A DNA stretch of 64,000 nucleotides from an uncultured Spirochaetota bacterium (GTDB taxonomy: Bacteria; Spirochaetota; Spirochaetia; SZUA-6; Fen-1364). The stretch is taken from positions 96,001 to 160,000 of the forward strand of contig CAWAHW010000002.1 in assembly GCA_963781885.1 (NCBI GenBank). The letters are read 5' to 3'. The notes under the pieces were generated by a model that saw only the letters and a list, made by a program, of their open reading frames with translations, had not been told where the DNA came from and ran no database searches. The position numbers were made by a program, and so were the translations under genes. This document shows positions 32,068 through 42,675 of this stretch, piece after piece. How positions within the stretch are numbered: the first letter of the stretch is position 1; every line of letters starts with the position of its first letter.

Positions 32068-32919
32068 CTACACCTCGGTCTCGCGCAGCCGGAAGTAGGT
32101 GGCGAGCCACGCGGCGACGGGCAGCGCGTAACCGAGAACCGTTGCGATGGTCTTGAAGACCATGAGACGGGCGTACGCGACCGTGCCCGGTGCGAATATC
32201 TGCATGAGGTCCCTGCCGTTTGCGCTGAGGCTCCACTTGCCCGCCTGCGGGTTGCCGGCCTGCACGGTGTTCCAGACGATGTGATTGGCGAACGCAAATC
32301 GCCCGACGATGGAGAAGATCGCGGCAAGACCGGCGCCGAAGATCACGATCCACAGCGCCGTCTTCAGGAACGCGGTCTTTCTGAACCAGATCGAGCCAAG
32401 CAGGAACACGGACTGCAGGAGCAGGTAGCGCAGGAGCATCGTGAGCGGCGCCGGGTCGAACGGATTCAACATGCCGTGGCCGAACCCGAATATCAGGCTG
32501 TCGATGCCTTCGCTCACCGCGGCGACCGCGGTCATGAAGATGAGGCTTCCCACGCCGAAGCCCACCGACGTCATGAGCAGCTTGCTCAGGAGCTTCTCGA
32601 AGGCCGATCCCGGCAGCGTCAGGTAGAAGATGCCGCCGCCGTTCTGCCCGACCTCGCGGAAGCTCAGAGAGGTGACGATGAAGCCGCCGAGGAAAAGGAG
32701 ATTGATGAAGTAGCCCAGGTAGAAGCCCGAAGAAGTCGGACGCGAGCCCGGGCTCATGGTGACGACGCCCAGCGTCGTCAGCGCCGAGAGGACGATCACC
32801 GCCCCTGCGACCGCTGCCATGGCGATCAGGAGGGCGCGATAGCTGCCCGCGAGCTCGCGCAGCATGAGCCTGCCGAAGCGCCGCGTGCTCCAGAAACCGT
32901 TTCTCACACGTGCCTCCAC
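32068..32919 (-). CDS. ABC-2 type permease-like membrane protein
   Basis: Several TM segments, YLTLPGS..EK..SK motif and C-terminal YFRLRETEV. Follows the ATPase gene. Confidence 0.78.
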   Translation of the reverse strand: MEARVRNGFWSTRRFGRLMLRELAGSYRALLIAMAAVAGAVIVLSALTTLGVVTMSPGSRPTSSGFYLGYFINLLFLGGFIVTSLSFREVGQNGGGIFYLTLPGSAFEKLLSKLLMTSVGFGVGSLIFMTAVAAVSEGIDSLIFGFGHGMLNPFDPAPLTMLLRYLLLQSVFLLGSIWFRKTAFLKTALWIVIFGAGLAAIFSIVGRFAFANHIVWNTVQAGNPQAGKWSLSANGRDLMQIFAPGTVAYARLMVFKTIATVLGYALPVAAWLATYFRLRETEV

Positions 32920-32920
32920 G

Positions 32921-33772
32921 TCATGCCCCCTTTCCCGCGGTGCGCGCGAAAAGCGCCTGCACCCTGTCCCTGCTTGTGGTCACCGCATTGAAGAGCGTCT
33001 CCAGGTCGAGATTGGTCTCCTCCCCGCCGGTGTTCTCCCGCACGACCACGTAGCCGCCCAGAGTCTTCTCCGCGTACAGCGCGCTGCCGTCCGTCGGCTC
33101 CTCCCTTTCGATCGTCGCCTTCATGCGCGCCGCCGCCTCCTGGAGCGGCTGCTGGAAGATGATCTTTCCCTGGTCGAGGATGATGATGGGATCGATGAGG
33201 TTTTCCATGTCACGGACCTGGTGCGTCGAGATCAGGATCACCTGGTCGGTGCCGCCCGCGCGCGCAAGGAGTCGGCGGAACTGGCTCTTCGACGGGATGT
33301 CCAGGCCGTTCGTCGGCTCGTCCATCAGGAGAATGCGGCAGCCCGATGCGAGCCCGAAGGCGAGCAGGAACTTCTTCTTCTGGCCGAAGGAGAGCTCGCT
33401 GAGCTTCTTCGTGGTGCCCAGCTCGAACTCCGCGGTGTATTCCAGGAAGGCGGCCTCGCTGAACCGGGGATAGAACGGGGCATACAGCTTCACGAATGAT
33501 GCCATCGGAATGGGCGGCACGTGCAGGTCTTCCGCGATGAAACAGATGTCCTCCAGGAGACGCGCCGGTCGCTGCGCGGGATCGAATCCCAGCACGTTGC
33601 AGGTGCCCGCCTGTGGCAGGCGCAGCCCGCAGATCAGCTTGAGCAGCGTCGTCTTGCCTGCCCCGTTCTTGCCAAGGAGGCCGTAGATATTCCCGGCCTG
33701 GAGCGAAAGCTCCAGTTCCTTGAACAGCTTCTGCCTCTTGTAACCAAACGACATGTTCTTGATTTCGATCAC
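32921..33772 (-). CDS. ABC transporter ATP-binding protein (exporter type)
   Basis: GKNGAGKTT, LSFGQ, LMDEPTNGLD and ISTH. Confidence 0.92.
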   Translation of the reverse strand: MIEIKNMSFGYKRQKLFKELELSLQAGNIYGLLGKNGAGKTTLLKLICGLRLPQAGTCNVLGFDPAQRPARLLEDICFIAEDLHVPPIPMASFVKLYAPFYPRFSEAAFLEYTAEFELGTTKKLSELSFGQKKKFLLAFGLASGCRILLMDEPTNGLDIPSKSQFRRLLARAGGTDQVILISTHQVRDMENLIDPIIILDQGKIIFQQPLQEAAARMKATIEREEPTDGSALYAEKTLGGYVVVRENTGGEETNLDLETLFNAVTTSRDRVQALFARTAGKGA

Positions 33773-33788
33773 GTATATCCTCCTCTTA

Positions 33789-33843
33789 GTGATCTACTAA
33801 ACTAATACACCAAATATCTAACACTCAAAGTCGACTTTGTCAA
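33789..33843 (-). promoter_or_regulatory. Sigma70-like promoter with YtrA-type operator
   Basis: Minus strand TTGACA-N17-TAGATA, followed by the imperfect palindrome GTGTATTAGTTTAGTAGATCAC (33789-33810). Confidence 0.55.
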
Positions 33844-33924
33844 CACCTTTTTCAAGCTTTCCGGCGGTATTTCTTGACATCCTGGGAAAACCCGCATACC
33901 TCATTGCATGAGGGGGAAGCCGCC

Positions 33925-34863
33925 ATGGACAAGAGGGAGCTCATGCTGACGCTCGCCGCGGGAAAGACGACAAGCCCGGTGCCTGCGGCCTTCTTTCTCC
34001 ACTTCGACGAAGCCCACCACCGCGGGCAGGCCGCCGTGGACCGACATCTCGAGTATTTCCGCGCAACCGGCATGGATTTCGTGAAGATACAGTACGAACA
34101 TCCCTTCCCGGAAATGCCGCAGATCGTGCATCCCCGCGATTGGGCACGGACCCCTGTGCTCACGGATGACTACTTTGCCCCGCCGCTGGAGGTGGTGGCA
34201 GGCATCGTCAAATCCATAAAGAAGGAAGCACTTGTCATCGTCACGCTGTATTCCGCCCTCATGCATGCCGCGCATGCCGTGGGGAGGAATCTGATCACCG
34301 CGCACCTGGACGAGGATCCAGCGGCCACGGCAAAGGGGCTCGACAGGATCGCCGACAGCATCCTCGTTTTCGTCCGCGGCTGCGTGAAAGCAGGGGTGGA
34401 CGGGTTCTACATGTCCACGCAGGGCGGCGAGGCGGGACGCTTCAAGGATCCCACTGTCTTCGACAGGGCGATACGGCCGAGCGACCTGCGCGTCATGAAC
34501 GAGGCCATGCGCACGTGCCCTTTCAACATCCTCCACGTCTGTGACTACAATGGGGTGTACGCGGACCTTGCGCCGTACGTCGACTACCCCGGCCAGATCG
34601 TGAACTGCGGCACGCAGCTCCGCAGCGGGCCAATCGCTCCGGCCGAAATCGCACGCCTGTTCAAGAGACCCTTCATGGGCGGCATGGACCGGCACGGCGT
34701 TATTGTCACGGGATCGCGCGACGAAATTCAGCGGGAGGTGCGGGGCGTGATCGACGCGGCGCCTCCGCTTTTCGCGCTTGGCGCGGACTGCACGGTCCCT
34801 TCCGACCTCCCGCTGGACAACCTCCGCGCGGCCATCGATGCCGCTCACAATTCCCCGCGCTGA
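33925..34863 (+). CDS. Uroporphyrinogen decarboxylase family protein (methyltransferase-like, not canonical HemE)
   Basis: DFVKI, AGVDGFY, NILHVC, MGGMD and LGADCTVP. Confidence 0.78.
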   Translation: MDKRELMLTLAAGKTTSPVPAAFFLHFDEAHHRGQAAVDRHLEYFRATGMDFVKIQYEHPFPEMPQIVHPRDWARTPVLTDDYFAPPLEVVAGIVKSIKKEALVIVTLYSALMHAAHAVGRNLITAHLDEDPAATAKGLDRIADSILVFVRGCVKAGVDGFYMSTQGGEAGRFKDPTVFDRAIRPSDLRVMNEAMRTCPFNILHVCDYNGVYADLAPYVDYPGQIVNCGTQLRSGPIAPAEIARLFKRPFMGGMDRHGVIVTGSRDEIQREVRGVIDAAPPLFALGADCTVPSDLPLDNLRAAIDAAHNSPR

Positions 34864-34917
34864 GACTGTTTTCTTTCGGTTGGACAGCCTTTCCCATTGG
34901 GTTTACAATCTCCCCAT

Positions 34918-37900
34918 ATGGGCGACCGCATGCGCCCCGTCCCATTCCGGGAGCTCGTGCTCCGCTGCCTGGCGGAGTATCGGGCGGCGGGGTCTCTTTT
35001 CGACGTTCCCACGTCTCACTTCTGGCGCTCCCAGGCCGGGGCGACGGCGAGCATCTTCTCTTCGGGTGCCGCCAACCCGGTCGGCCCCGCGGCAGGTCCC
35101 CACACGCAGCTTGCCCAGAACATCGTCGCCGCATGGTGCGCGGGGGGCCGTTACATCGAGCTCAAGACGGTGCAGAAGATGGACGCGCTCTCCATCGACA
35201 AGCCCTGCATCGATGCCGTCGACGAGGGCTACAACGTTGAATGGTCCACGGAGCTCAGCCTGGATGCCGCCTACGACGAGTACCTGAAGGCCTGGATGCT
35301 TCTGCATTTCCTGGAGACCCTGCTCGGACTTTCGGGGCCAGGCACGGGTGCCGGCTCATTTCTCTTCAACATGAGCGTCGGTTATGACCTGGCGGGTATA
35401 CGCGCCGAAGCGATGGATCGCATCATCAACCGGCTCACGGATTCGTCGCGCGACCCGCTTTTCACCCGCTACCGGGATGAGCTTGCGGGGATCGTCGGCG
35501 ATGCCGGACATTTCTCCGGCACCGGCGGTGAGTCCCGCATGGATGCCCTCCGCGGCCTGCCGTCCCGCATCCCGTCGCGCATCTGCACGTCGGTGACCTT
35601 GTCCACGATGCACGGCTGCCCCCCGGGGGAGATCGAATCCATCTGCGCGTACATGCTGACGGAGAAGCGGCTCGATACGCTGGTGAAGCTGAACCCGACG
35701 CTGCTGGGATTCGATCGCGCGCGGTCGCTGTTGGACGGCATGGGGTACGGCTACGTGCAGCTCAGGCCGGAGGGTTTCCAGAAGGATCTCCAATACACGG
35801 ACGCCCTTCCCATGCTCACCCGTCTCATGGCCGTTGGAAAAAAGGAGGGGCGGCACTTCGGCGCAAAGCTTTCCAACACGCTTGCGGCCGTGAATACCGC
35901 GGGCCGTCTTCCCGGCGGAGAGATGTACATGTCGGGACGGGCGCTGTACCCGCTCACCATGAGCCTTGCCGCGACGCTCGCGGCTGATTTCAAGGGCGGT
36001 CTTCCCCTCTCGTTCTCCGGTGGCGCCTCGGCGTGGAATCTCGCCGCCATTCTCGATGCCGGCATCCGTCCCGTCACCGTTGCAACGGAGCTCCTGAAGC
36101 CGGGCGGCTACGGGCGCATGAAGGAGCTCGCGGAGATCGCCGAGGCCCATCGCGCATCCTGGACGCTCGCGCGGGTCGACGTCGACAAGACGCGCGCGGC
36201 CGCGGAGCAGGCGCGTCTGTCCCCTGCCGCCCAGAAGGATTTCCGCGGCACGGCGCGCGTCTCGGTGCCTGGCAGCCTGCCTCTCTTCGACTGCTTCGTC
36301 GCGCCGTGCGTGGAGGCCTGCCCGATACACCAGGACGTTCCCGAATACGTGCATCTTGCCGGGGTGGGCCGATACGCGGAGGCTCTGGACGTCGTCTGCG
36401 CCCGCAATCCGCTCCCCTTCATGACGGGTTACCTCTGCGACCACCAGTGCATGCAGAACTGCACGCGCATGGACTGGGAAGGAGCGGTGCGCATCCGCGA
36501 CATGAAGAGGATCTCCGCCGAGCGCGGGTATGCGAAGTTCCGGCGCGCACGGAAGGCCAGCCTTCGCGCGGCAAAGCCGCGCGGAGAAAAGATCGCGGTG
36601 GTCGGCGCGGGTCCCGCGGGTATTGCCGCCGCATCGTTGCTGTGCGCGGAGGGCTTCGAGGTCCATGTCTTCGAGCGGGAGGAGGAGGCGGGCGGAATCG
36701 TGCGCTGGCTGCTGCCCGGTTTCAGGATCCCGGCGGGCGCAGTGGAAAAAGACGTCCAGCTGCTTGAGGACCAGGGCGCCCATCTGCATTTCGGGCATGC
36801 CGACCAGACCATTACCGCGCTCCGGACGCAGGGGTTCTCCACCATCCTCGTGGGCACCGGCGCCGAGGCGGACAGGGACATCGGGATCACCGGGGCGCGC
36901 GAGGTGCTCGGGTTCCTCCGCGAGTTCCGGCAGAACCCCCGCGGCCCGAGGCTGGGGCGCAACGTGGTTGTCGTGGGCGCGGGGGACACGGCGATGGACG
37001 CGGCCCGCGCCGCGAGCAGGTGCCCGGGCGTCGGGCAGGTCAGGATCGTCTACCGCCGAAGCATCACCGAGATGCCGGCATCCCGCGAAGAATACGAATC
37101 CGCCCTTGCGGAAGGGGTTGCCTTCAGCTTCCTCCGTTCCCCCGAGAGGTGGAATCAGGGCGTGGGGCTCACGTGCCGCGTGATGGAGCTGGGTCCTGCC
37201 GACGAAACGGGAAGACGCCGCCCCGTGCCGACGGACCGCACCGAGACATTTGACTCCGACGAGGTGATCACCGCGGCAGGGGCCGAGGTGGATCATGCCG
37301 CCATGGGGCGGCTGGGTCTTGATAGTCAGGATCGGAAGATCGATGCGCAGACACAGGAGACCGCGAAGCCCGGCGTCTTCCTGATCGGTGACGCGGCAGC
37401 GGGAGCGGAGACGATCGTGAAGGCGATCGCCTCGGCGCGCAGGGCGGTGGATGCCGTCGTGGCGGCAGAGGCCGCGCGACAGGGAGGCGCATCAGCTACG
37501 CACCGGGCATCGGCCTTGCCGTTGCCCGCGGAGGACACCCGCGCCCTGCGCGCAGCGCGCGATCGCCTGGTGCCGGCATCCCCTGCCGGTACCGCGGACG
37601 CGGCCATGGCGCGGACGGAATCCGCGCGATGCCTGGGCTGCCGGGCGCTCTGCATGAAGTGCGTGGAGGTCTGTCCCAACAGGGCGAACACCCTGGTCGG
37701 CGTGACGGACGGCTTTCGCGACGAGGCACAGATCGTGCACATCGATGCCTTCTGCAACGAGTGCGGCAACTGCGCCACGTTCTGCCCCTGGGAGGGCAGG
37801 CCATACCGGGACAAGCTCACGGTTTTTGCCACGGAGGAAGACTTCCGCGATTCGACGAACCCGGGATTCTTTCTCGTGCACGGGAAGGGACAGGTGAGGC

Positions 37901-38031
37901 TGGCCGGGCAGGTGGGAGCTCTGGCGGTGGACGAAAAGGGCGAGGTCGTCACCGAGGTGGAGCGGCCCGCACGCGCGCTCATCCGCGCCATCGTGCGCGA
38001 CCACGCGTGGCTGATCGGAGGCGTCTCATGA
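34918..38031 (+). CDS. ygfK: YgfK-like Fe-S flavoprotein oxidoreductase (annotated putative selenate reductase)
   Basis: GPAAGPHTQLAQN, ELKTVQ, YNVEWSTEL, TLSTMHGCPP.EIE and VKLNPTLLG; GltD-like CPIHQD and GAGPAG; C-terminal CVEVCPNRAN and CNECGNCATFCP. Confidence 0.9.
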   Translation: MGDRMRPVPFRELVLRCLAEYRAAGSLFDVPTSHFWRSQAGATASIFSSGAANPVGPAAGPHTQLAQNIVAAWCAGGRYIELKTVQKMDALSIDKPCIDAVDEGYNVEWSTELSLDAAYDEYLKAWMLLHFLETLLGLSGPGTGAGSFLFNMSVGYDLAGIRAEAMDRIINRLTDSSRDPLFTRYRDELAGIVGDAGHFSGTGGESRMDALRGLPSRIPSRICTSVTLSTMHGCPPGEIESICAYMLTEKRLDTLVKLNPTLLGFDRARSLLDGMGYGYVQLRPEGFQKDLQYTDALPMLTRLMAVGKKEGRHFGAKLSNTLAAVNTAGRLPGGEMYMSGRALYPLTMSLAATLAADFKGGLPLSFSGGASAWNLAAILDAGIRPVTVATELLKPGGYGRMKELAEIAEAHRASWTLARVDVDKTRAAAEQARLSPAAQKDFRGTARVSVPGSLPLFDCFVAPCVEACPIHQDVPEYVHLAGVGRYAEALDVVCARNPLPFMTGYLCDHQCMQNCTRMDWEGAVRIRDMKRISAERGYAKFRRARKASLRAAKPRGEKIAVVGAGPAGIAAASLLCAEGFEVHVFEREEEAGGIVRWLLPGFRIPAGAVEKDVQLLEDQGAHLHFGHADQTITALRTQGFSTILVGTGAEADRDIGITGAREVLGFLREFRQNPRGPRLGRNVVVVGAGDTAMDAARAASRCPGVGQVRIVYRRSITEMPASREEYESALAEGVAFSFLRSPERWNQGVGLTCRVMELGPADETGRRRPVPTDRTETFDSDEVITAAGAEVDHAAMGRLGLDSQDRKIDAQTQETAKPGVFLIGDAAAGAETIVKAIASARRAVDAVVAAEAARQGGASATHRASALPLPAEDTRALRAARDRLVPASPAGTADAAMARTESARCLGCRALCMKCVEVCPNRANTLVGVTDGFRDEAQIVHIDAFCNECGNCATFCPWEGRPYRDKLTVFATEEDFRDSTNPGFFLVHGKGQVRLAGQVGALAVDEKGEVVTEVERPARALIRAIVRDHAWLIGGVS

Positions 38032-39350
38032 TCGTCCTGCGAAATGCAACGGTTGCGCACCTGCACCCGGCGGAGGTGAGTCCGGGCGTGGACGTCGTGA
38101 TCGACGGCACCGAGATTCAATCCGTCGGCCGGGGGGCGGCAGAAGGGGTCAAGGCGGAACGCAGCATCGACCTTGCCGGAAGACTCCTGATGCCCGGCTT
38201 CGTCTGCGGCCACGACCACTTCTACTCGGGTCTCTCCCGCGGCATCATGGCGCAGATCGCTCCATGCCCCAACTTCGTCTCCACGCTCCAGAATCTCTGG
38301 TGGAAGCTCGACGCGGCCCTGGATGCGGAAGCCGTCCGCCTGAGCGGCCTTGTCTGCGCGATGGAGGCGGTGAAGGCCGGCTGCACGGCGGTCATCGATC
38401 ACCACGCCTCGCCGTCGTGCATCGAGGGCTCCCTTTCCCTGCTCAAGGAAGGATTCGAGAAGGTCGGGTTGCGCGGCGTCCTCTGCTACGAGACGACGGA
38501 CAGGAACGGTCGCGATGGGGCGCGCAAGGGCGCGGAGGAGAACCGCCGGTTCGCCCGGCTCGTGGAGGCGGAAAAGACCACGCGCGGCAAGCTGCGCCTG
38601 GTGGAGGCCATGATCGGCGGCCACGCGCCCTTCACGCTCTCCGACGACGACTGCGCGGCTCTTGCCGACGTGGTGAAGGACACGCATCGCGGCTTTCACG
38701 TGCACGTGGCGGAGGACAGCTTCGATCCCTCGTGGTCCCACCGTACGCATGGCAGGGACCCGCTGCGCCGGCTCGACGATTTCGGGCTCGTGACGGAAGG
38801 CTCGCTCATCGCGCACGGCCTGTACTTGAGCGGCGAAGACCGGGACATCCTCAACGGCCGGGGCGCCTGGCTCGCGCACAACAGCCGTTCGAACATGAAC
38901 AATCACGTCGGCTACAACGGGGAGCTTCCCCACGTGAAGAACGTGGTTCTCGGCACCGACGGCATCGGCTCCGACATGCTCCTGGAGGCGAAGTTCGCCT
39001 ACTTCCGCCACCGGGACGCAGGCGGTCCGCTGGGCCCGGGCGCATTCATGCGCTTTCTCCAGGCCGGCAACGAGCTCCTCCATCGCAGCTTCGGGGAGAG
39101 CTTCGGGCGCGTGGAGAAGGGGTACAAGGCGGACCTCGTGATCCTGGACTACGACCCGCCGACGCCATTCGTGCGGGAGAATGTCGCGGGGCACGTCATT
39201 TTCGGCATGGGCTCCCGGGACGTCGATACCGTGATCGTCAACGGGAAGATCGTGATGGAAAGCCGCGTCTTCCGCATGGACGCATCGTCACTGTACGCGG
39301 AGGCTCAGACAGCCGCCCGTGCGCTCTGGCAAAGGATGGACAAGATATGA
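38028..39350 (+). CDS. ssnA: SsnA-like amidohydrolase
   Basis: PGFVCGHDHFYSGLSRG, WWKLD, IDHHAS, GHAPFTLS, HVHVAE, SNMNN and LGTDG. Coupled to ygfK. Confidence 0.88.
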   Translation: MIVLRNATVAHLHPAEVSPGVDVVIDGTEIQSVGRGAAEGVKAERSIDLAGRLLMPGFVCGHDHFYSGLSRGIMAQIAPCPNFVSTLQNLWWKLDAALDAEAVRLSGLVCAMEAVKAGCTAVIDHHASPSCIEGSLSLLKEGFEKVGLRGVLCYETTDRNGRDGARKGAEENRRFARLVEAEKTTRGKLRLVEAMIGGHAPFTLSDDDCAALADVVKDTHRGFHVHVAEDSFDPSWSHRTHGRDPLRRLDDFGLVTEGSLIAHGLYLSGEDRDILNGRGAWLAHNSRSNMNNHVGYNGELPHVKNVVLGTDGIGSDMLLEAKFAYFRHRDAGGPLGPGAFMRFLQAGNELLHRSFGESFGRVEKGYKADLVILDYDPPTPFVRENVAGHVIFGMGSRDVDTVIVNGKIVMESRVFRMDASSLYAEAQTAARALWQRMDKI

Positions 39351-40970
39351 TTCCCGTCGAGGCCCGCATGGAGTCGTCCTCACGTCTCACGCTTCCGGGA
39401 GTGCTCGCGCGCAGTACGCGCGCCTTTGCCCGCCGGCCCGCGCTGGGCATGCTCGGTGCGGCGCCGCTCACCTATGGCGAGCTCGGCGCGCGGGTGCGGG
39501 GCACCGCATCGCTCCTGCGCGGGCACGGCATCCGTCCCGGAGACCGCGTCGCCATCCTCTCGGAGAACATGCCGCAGTGGGGCATCGCCTACTTCGCCAT
39601 CGCCTCCCTGGGGGCGGTGGTCGTCCCCGTCATGACCGAGTTCACCGAGGGACAGATTCAGCACATCCTCGATCACGCAGGGTGCGCCGCCGTCTTCGTC
39701 TCCCGCAAGCTGCGGCCGAAGCTCGGGGACGCGCCCCGCCTGCAGCTTCCGATCGAGCCTCTTGCCGGGCTGGCGGATGCGCGCGTTGTCCTTCCCCTGG
39801 TGGAGCCCGATGACCTTGCGGCGGTCATCTATACGTCCGGCACGACGGGGCACTCCAAGGGCGTCATGCTCACGCATCGCAACATCGTCTTCGACGCAGA
39901 GGCCACGCGCCATCTCGTCGACGTCACGCACCGCGACAGGATCCTTTCCATCCTCACCCTCGCCCACACCTACGAGTGCACGCTGGGTCTCGTCACAATC
40001 GTGAGCTGCGGGGCCTTTATCACCTATCTCGACCGGCCGCCGTCGGCGAGCGCGCTCCTGCCCGGCCCTCGCGTCCGTGCGTCCCACCATCGTGCTGTCC
40101 GTTCCCCTCGTCGTGGAGAAGATCTATCGCTCGGGCATCCTTCCCGAGCTGGAGAAGAGGTCCCTCTACCACGTGCCCCTGCTGTGGCGGGTCGTCGTCC
40201 TCCTGGCGGGCTGGAAGCTGCGGAAAACATTCGGCGGCAGGATCAAGATACTCGCCATCGGCGGCGCGGCGCTGGCGCCCGACGTCGAGCGCTTCCTCCA
40301 CCAGGCGATGTTCCCGTACGCAATCGGGTACGGTCTCACGGAGACCTCGCCGCTCGTCGCGGGCGCTCCCCCGTTCACTACCCGGCCAAGGTCCACGGGC
40401 ACCGTGCTCCCCGGCATCGAGGTGCGCATCTCCGATGTGCGGCCCGGTACGCGCGAAGGAGAGATACAGGTGAAGGGCCCCACCGTGATGAAGGGCTACT
40501 ATCGCAACCCTGACGCCACCGCGCAGGCATTCACGCCGGACGGCTGGCTGCGCACGGGGGACCTGGGCGAGTTCGACGCGCATGGGCACCTCTACATCCG
40601 CGGCCGGTCGAAGACCATGATCCTCGGCGCGTCGGGAGAGAACATCTATCCCGAGGAGATCGAGGCGGTGCTCAACCAGTCGCCGATGGTCGATGAATCG
40701 CTCGTCTACGGCGATTCGGGGGGTGTCGCCGCGCTCGTCGCGCTGAAGCCCGACGTGCTGGCCTCGCTTGTCGGCGCCGTCCAGGAGGGCATGGCCCGGG
40801 CGGAGCATGCCGCCGCGGAGCTCCTGGAGCGGATCAGGAAGGAAGTCAACACCCAGCTTGCCGCTTTCAGCCGTCTTTCCCGCGTGGAGCTGCAGCGCGA
40901 GCCGTTCGAAAAGACGCCGTCGCAGAAGATCAAGAGATTCCTCTACCCGCGGACGCCTCCGGCGGAATAG
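39347..40970 (+). CDS. Long-chain acyl-CoA synthetase (AMP-binding; frameshift near 40065)
   Basis: IYTSGTTGHSKGVMLTH, GYGLTETSP, GWLRTGDLG, GENIYPEEIE and FEKTPSQKIKR. Confidence 0.87.
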
Positions 40971-41119
40971 AGCCCGGGCGCATCATGCGCGCACCTCACG
41001 CGTGAGACGGGGGCGGGGGGATTTCGGCCCGGCAGTGCGGGCTCCGGGCGACCTCTTTTTCATCCGTCAGCACCTCGGCATGATCGACGGATCGCGTTTC
41101 CGTATGGTACTATTTCGGC

Positions 41120-41521
41120 ATGGATGACGTGCGATGGATGCAACGTTTTTCCAATTACCGCAAGGCGGTCACCAACCTCGACGCGGCATTGCGCCAGGAA
41201 TCATACAATGATCTCGAGCTGCAGGGATTGATAAAGGGATTCGAGCTTTGCTACGAACTGGCGTGGAAAACGCTGCAGGACCTTCTCAGAGAACGCGGTT
41301 ACGACGATATCGCCGGTCCCAAGCCGGCCATACGTCAGGCATTCAAGGACGGACTGATCGGCGACGGAGAGATCTGGCAGGCCATCCACGAAGCGCGAAA
41401 TCTCGCCGCGCACACATATGACCTGGACCAGGCGCGGCGTCTTGCCGTGGAGATCAGAAGCTCATACGCGCGGGCATTCAGAGAGCTGCGCGATCGGCTC
41501 GAGATGAAAGCCGTCGAATGA
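41120..41521 (+). CDS. HEPN-domain nucleotidyltransferase substrate-binding protein (HI0074-like)
   Basis: RW.QRF.NY, GLIKGFELCYELAWKTL and RNLAAHTYD (Rx4H). Confidence 0.87.
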   Translation: MDDVRWMQRFSNYRKAVTNLDAALRQESYNDLELQGLIKGFELCYELAWKTLQDLLRERGYDDIAGPKPAIRQAFKDGLIGDGEIWQAIHEARNLAAHTYDLDQARRLAVEIRSSYARAFRELRDRLEMKAVE

Positions 41522-41823
41522 CGAAGGGCGGGTTCACGGAGGAACGGTGGCTCGCCATCGCGCGGCTGGTCGCGTCAATAAAGCCCTGCCAGCGAATCAT
41601 CGTCTTCGGCTCACGGGCCAAGGGAGTCTGGCGTGAAGGCTCCGATGTGGATCTCGCAGTATGGGGCCCGTCGTGGGATCCCCTGGATGCCGAGCACGCG
41701 CGGGACTTGTTGGAGGAGCGCTGCTTTCCCTGGAGCTTCGACGTGATTCTTCCCGAGCACGTGAAGGAGAGGCAGTTGTTCGAGCACATCCAGCGCGTCG
41801 GGTTCGAGATATCCGCTGGGTGA
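41518..41823 (+). CDS. Minimal nucleotidyltransferase (MNT)
   Basis: FGSRAKG...SDVDLAV, FDV and HIQRVG. ATGA overlap with the HEPN gene. Confidence 0.87.
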   Translation: MTKGGFTEERWLAIARLVASIKPCQRIIVFGSRAKGVWREGSDVDLAVWGPSWDPLDAEHARDLLEERCFPWSFDVILPEHVKERQLFEHIQRVGFEISAG

Positions 41824-41871
41824 TAGGGTTGGAACTCGCTCAGGTCTGCTCTTCGGACCTTTTCGTTTGCC

Positions 41872-42508
41872 TCACGCCTTGTCGGATCGGCGTCGCGCGC
41901 GCACGTCCAGCCGCTCCGCGCGCTGGCGGAAGCGCAGCCAGCGGCGCATGCCGCGCTCCACCAGCAGCATCATGTCCTCCGCGAGGTCCGTGGAATCCTC
42001 CGCGCCCGACGCAAGGGAGACGGCGGTGAAGACCGCCATGAGCATGCGCCGGGGGTCCTTGAAAAGCCCGGTGCGGAATGCGCCTGTCCGGGTGCCCTCG
42101 TCGAGTATGTCCGTGAGCAGCGCGCGCACGTGCGCAAAGAGGGTGGCGCCCTTTTGCACGCGCTCCTCCGCGCCCGGGTAGAGGAAGCGTCTCTCTCCAC
42201 CGTAAAGACCGCGCAGGATGGCGCTGGCCCGCAGCGTGAGATTGGTCCAGCGGAAAAGCGCCTTCAGCCGGTAGGCGGGCGAGCGGAGGCTTGTGACCCG
42301 GCCGGCTGATTTCCTTTGCGGCCCTCTCCTCGATCTGGTCCACGACGGAGGAGTAGAAGGTTTCCTTGCTGGGGAAGTAGGTGTAGAAGCTCCCCATGCC
42401 GAGCCCGGCGGCGCTCGTGATGTCGCGGATGCTCACGCTTCGGTAGCCGCTCTGGCCGAAGAGCCTCTCTCCGACAGAAAGAAGCAAACGCCTGCGGTTT
42501 CTCTCCAT
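41872..42508 (-). CDS. TetR/AcrR family regulator (frameshift near 42300)
   Basis: LFGQSGYRSVSIRDITSAAGLGMGSFYTYFPSKE HTH. C-terminal part lies in ORF 41872..42159. Confidence 0.82.
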
Positions 42509-42675
42509 GTACACTCCCCCGGATTTGCGGCACGAATATCCGGTTTCAAGGGGGATTCAGTCGCCCGCCGATCGTCAGGCGTGGAGAAATCCCCCGAAAA
42601 ACCCCCTGTTTGGCGCTTCCGCGCGCGCCGCAGGTTGACATGCCCGCCAGAAGCACGGTTTTCTCTTTCCAGAGT

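Noticed and set aside
34918-38031. Selenate respiration implied by the YgfK label
   Set aside because: The label is historical. No molybdoenzyme subunit is adjacent, and pairing with ssnA fits purine catabolism better.
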